Assembly: GCF_009914755.1 (NCBI RefSeq)
Contig: NC_060929.1
Strand: one strand, 5' to 3'
Length of the DNA: 64,000 bases
From: the human T2T-CHM13v2.0 reference genome, Homo sapiens
This document shows, in pieces, positions 59,844 to 64,000 of this stretch (position 1 is the first letter of the stretch; each line of letters opens with the position of its first letter). The notes beneath the pieces are model-generated. The model had not been told where the DNA came from. It worked only from the letters and a program-made list of their open reading frames with translations, and ran no database searches. The translations under genes and the position numbers were made by a program.

Positions 59844-61857
59844 TGTGATCTTATATTTACAAAACCATAAAAATTCCACATCCCCAAAAATGCTGTCAGA
59901 ATAAATGAATACAGAAAAGAAGAATACGAGGTCAATACATGAAAATCAGTTGCATTTCTATATACTAACAAGAAATAATCTGAAAAGAAAATTATTTTTT
60001 AAATTCCATTTACAATAGCTTCAAAAAGAGTAAAATACTTGGGAATTAATTTAACCAATGAAGTGAAAGACTTTTACAATAAAAACTACAAAATATTGCT
60101 TAAAAAATTAGAGAAGACATAAATAAATGGAAATACATGCCATGTTCATGGGGCAGAGGACAATATTGTTAAGCTATCAATACTACCCAAGCAATCTACA
60201 GATTCAATGTAATCCCTATCAAAATTTCACTGATATTTTTGCAGAATTAGAAAACTGTATTCTAAAATTCATGTGGAATCTCAGAGGGCCTTGAATAGCC
60301 AAAACAATCTTCTAAAAGAAGAACAAAGCTTGAGGACTCACGCTCATGTCCTGGTTTCAAAACTTACTACAAAACTATAGTAATCTAAACAGTGTGGTAC
60401 TGGCATAAAAACAAACATATAAATGAATAGAATAGAATAAAATAGAGAGCCCAGAAATAAACTCTTATTATATATGAGTCAAATGCTATATATATGAGAC
60501 CCTATAAATATAAAGGTGACAAGATCATTCAATAGAGGGAAGACAGTTTTTTCACAAATAGTGCTTATAAAACTGGATATCCACATGCAAAAAATGAAGT
60601 TGGATCTCTCCTAACACTGTATTTACTTGTGGTTAGTTAGCCAGATTAACTTAAAATAGATCAAATACCTAAATGTAAGGCCTAAAGCTAGAAAATTCTT
60701 AGAAGAAAACTGAGCAAAAGCTTTATAACACTGGATTTGACAGCAATTTCTTGGATATGACACCAAAGTCACAGACAACAAAAACAACAATGGACAAACT
60801 TAACTTCATTGAAATTTAAAATTTTTGTGCATCAAAAGACAATATCAACAGAGTAAAAAAGAAAACCACAAAATGGGAGAAAATAGTTGCAAATCATATA
60901 TATGATAAGGGGCTAATATCCAGAGTATATAGAGACATTCTTAAACTCAACAACAACAAAAAACCCTGATTCAAAAATGGACAAAGGACTTGAAGAGGCA
61001 TTTCTCAAAAAAAAAAAAAGACATGAAATGGTCAATAAGCACATGAAAAGATACTCAACATCACTCATCATTAGAGAAATGCAAATGAAAACTACAATGA
61101 ATTACCAATTCATACTCATTAGGAAGTCTATTATCAAAAAGAAAAAAAAAACAATAATTGGCAAGGTCTTAGAAAAAGCGTAACCCTCATGCACCATTGA
61201 AAGGAACATAAAATGTTACAGATGCTATGGGAAACAGTGTGGCAGTTCCTCAAAAAATTAAAAATAGAATTACTATGTGATCCAGAAATTCGTCTTCTGG
61301 GTATATACTGAAAAGAACTGAAAACAAGGTCTTGAAGAGATATTTGTACACCTATGTTAGTAGCAGTGTTATTCACTATAGCTAACATGTGGAAGCAGCC
61401 CAACTGTTCATGGACAGATGAATGAGTAAGCAAACTGTGATCTATAAGTAAAATGGAATATTATTCAGCCCTGTAATGAAATTCTGACTTATGCTACAGC
61501 CTAGATGAACCTCGAGGACATTACGATAAGTGAAATAAGCCAGTCACAAAAAGAAATATACTTTATGATTCCACTTATATGAGGTCCTTAGAATAATGAG
61601 TTATAGAGACAGAAAATAGAATGGTAGTTTCCAGGGTCTTGGAGATGAGGGAAAAGGGAAGTATTGTTTAATGGGTATGGAGTTTCAATTTTACAAGATG
61701 AAAAGACTTATGAAGATGGATAGTGGTGATGGTTATATAACATTTTAAATGTATTTTGTACCACTGAACTGCATATTTAAAAATAGTTAAGATGGTGAAT
61801 TTTATGTGTATTTTACTACAATTTAAGAAAATGAAAGAAGGTATAGGAAGAGCAAAA

Positions 61858-61940
61858 GATGAAGGAGAAGGAGGAGGAGGAGGAAGAGGTGGGGAAGAGG
61901 AGGGGGGGAGGAGGAGGAGCGGGAGGAGGAGGAGGAGGAA
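61858..61940. repeat. (GGA)n purine-rich tract after the L1MB tail
   Basis: Read directly. Confidence 0.9.
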
Positions 61941-61945
61941 CAAAA

Positions 61946-62005
61946 CATATGCAGCCCACAAAGCCTAAAATATTTACCATCTAGCCCTTTATGGAGAAAG
62001 TGCCC
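61946..62005 (+). mobile_element. 3' part of MER58C-like MITE
   Basis: catatgcagcccacaaagcctaaaatatttaccatctagccctttatggagaaag matches the MER58 3' end. Confidence 0.75.
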
Positions 62006-62263
62006 TCATCCTCAAGCCAACCAAAGCATCCAAATGGATGTGGAAAGTAACCATTCTCACCTCTTCATGCACATTAATAGCCTGGCACTTAGCAGGCACT
62101 CAATTAATATTAGCCTTTATCAGCAACCTCCTGCTAAATTCTTTTTATTCTAAGATTATGTGGTACAATATATAAAATTAATGAGAAATATGCAAATTTT
62201 ATTTAAAATAATACTGCGTTATGCCTGTAATTCTTTAAACCCATGAAGAGGGTATGTTGTGCT

Positions 62264-62500
62264 GTATAATGGTTAACAGCACTAGTTCTAGAACTAGATT
62301 GCATGGGACCCAGTCCTAGCCTACCACTCACTAACTGAGAGACTGTGGACAAGTTATTTGACCTCCCTTTGTCTCATTTTCCTCTTCTAAACTGGAAGTA
62401 ATATTAAGAGTACCTATCTCATTGGGCTGACATTATGGTTAAGTGTAAAATGCTTCCAACAGTGCCTGACACATGGCAAAACAAATTAATAAAGGTTATC
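62264..62500 (+). mobile_element. MIR SINE
   Basis: gtataatggttaacagc...ggacaagttatttgacctc...acagtgcctgacacat. Confidence 0.75.
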
Positions 62501-64000
62501 TGTATCATATCTCTGCTTTTCAATTATTTAAATTGTTTAATATCAATAACTGTACAATAATACAATCATTATTGTAATATGGAGATGTATAATTGTTCAG
62601 CAAATGTTCACATATGTAGGGAATAAAAAACAAATTGTTTCCAACTACAAACTTTCTTTTACTGATCACTGATATTCCCACTTGGTGCTTTTAGCACATT
62701 GTTCTTGGGTGGTGATGGTTTGAAGTTGGTAAAAAACATTGTTTGTTGCCTACAAGTTCTCAAATTGTAGGCACTGGGAAAAGAACAAGAAAGAAGACAG
62801 AAAGGTACCTGAAGAAATTGCTGTTCTGATTTCTCCATTGTTGGTTTAAATGCTAATCTGCCACTTCTGGGAACAAGAAATATCCCCAAGAGTATTCTTT
62901 TTGACCTTTCTTAACTTCCTCTCCTTTCTTTCCTTCTGACTTTATTTTTAGATGAATATCAAACAGGAAATCCACTCCACTAAGAAATGGTGAATTTTCT
63001 AGCTAGAGATCAGAGGGTGGAGCCCACTGGGAAATCAGTAATGGAGATCAGACCAAAGAGCTGGGCCAAGGAAGGATGGATAGATACTTGTAAAACAAGA
63101 GGCCATTTTTGTGTCTTTTTTTCCCCTACTAGAGATGAAACTAGCAGCTTCCATTTATGCCCAAGGCACAAGTTTTTAAAAACAGATCAGTTGATTTAAG
63201 GCAAAATTCAAATCAAAACACTGGCAAGACCTACAGAACAGATATAGCCACAGAACTGTTCTAATGCCCCAACACCGGAAGGATGAGGGTGTGTAGGGTA
63301 CTGAAAGACATAACAATGATTTGCCACTTACTGCTAAGTGTTGCCAAATGTGCTTTAAGTATCTCATGTACTGGAAATACACTGCAAATTACATTCCTTA
63401 TGTTGTGAATAGGAACAGAAGCTTTTTCTTTCTTTCCTGTTTATATTATCGATCACTGCACATCCAAATCCACCTCTTCCGTCTTGTAAGAAATTGATAT
63501 ATAGGATGTATTTTGTAAAACTTTGAATCTTTTGGATTTGAAGCTGTATGAAGTTACACAGAGTGATCTTCCTGGTGAGCCTCTAAGCCTGAATGTAATT
63601 TCAACTTCTTAAGCCAGGAAATAGCAAATCTTGTACAACTACTAACATTTTTGCAAATTATTTTAAGAGTCTCGAAGATAGCATTATATATTAAGTTGAT
63701 TTTGGATCAAATAATCAACTGGAAACTTAATTCTACAGGTCAGTATTACTAAGTCTCTAGCACTGGTTTCTGTAGTGTAGGAGATCTGGAAACGGACTTC
63801 TAAATTAAAAGATCGACATCTTTATTGAAGCTTGCACATAACAAGGTACAAAACTATTATACACATTACCAAACTGGCAAACTCACATAACAAGTGTAAA
63901 AACGGGCCTGCTGATCATAAAATTCCTTTTCCCAGAAATAATTAACAAATTGTTACCACTAGTAAAGCTTTCTTAAAGTTTTAATCTATCACAAATCATC

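Overview
This is primate genomic DNA, probably human or another great ape, given L1PA2/3-type LINE-1s, AluJ/S elements and a HERV-W LTR17. It is AT-rich, has no CpG island outside repeats, and contains no host protein-coding exon, RNA gene or CRISPR-type structure that I can support. All long ORFs in the track are broken LINE-1 ORF1/ORF2 pieces or Alu/simple-repeat artefacts. The window is organised around two nested transposon stacks. (1) A HAL1-like element (~16.8-23.0 kb) is split by a 5'-truncated L1PA8-like element with an unusually long 61-bp target-site duplication (TSD). That L1 carries an Alu and a twin-primed (5'-inverted) L1PA2-like insertion. (2) A MER58C-like MITE (47.07 kb / 61.95 kb) is split by a near full-length L1MB. 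The L1MB carries an AluS, a full-length dead ~6.03-kb L1PA2/3, an ERVL-like solo LTR and a full-length HSMAR2 mariner. Also present are a complete solo LTR17 with a 4-bp TSD, an L1MA-type element lacking its 3' half, and many MIR/L2/MER/MLT relics. I found no convincing new biological system; the notable signals are mechanistic footprints of retrotransposition plus a few weak candidate regulatory or splice elements. Repeat family names come from recalled consensus sequences and need RepeatMasker/Dfam confirmation.
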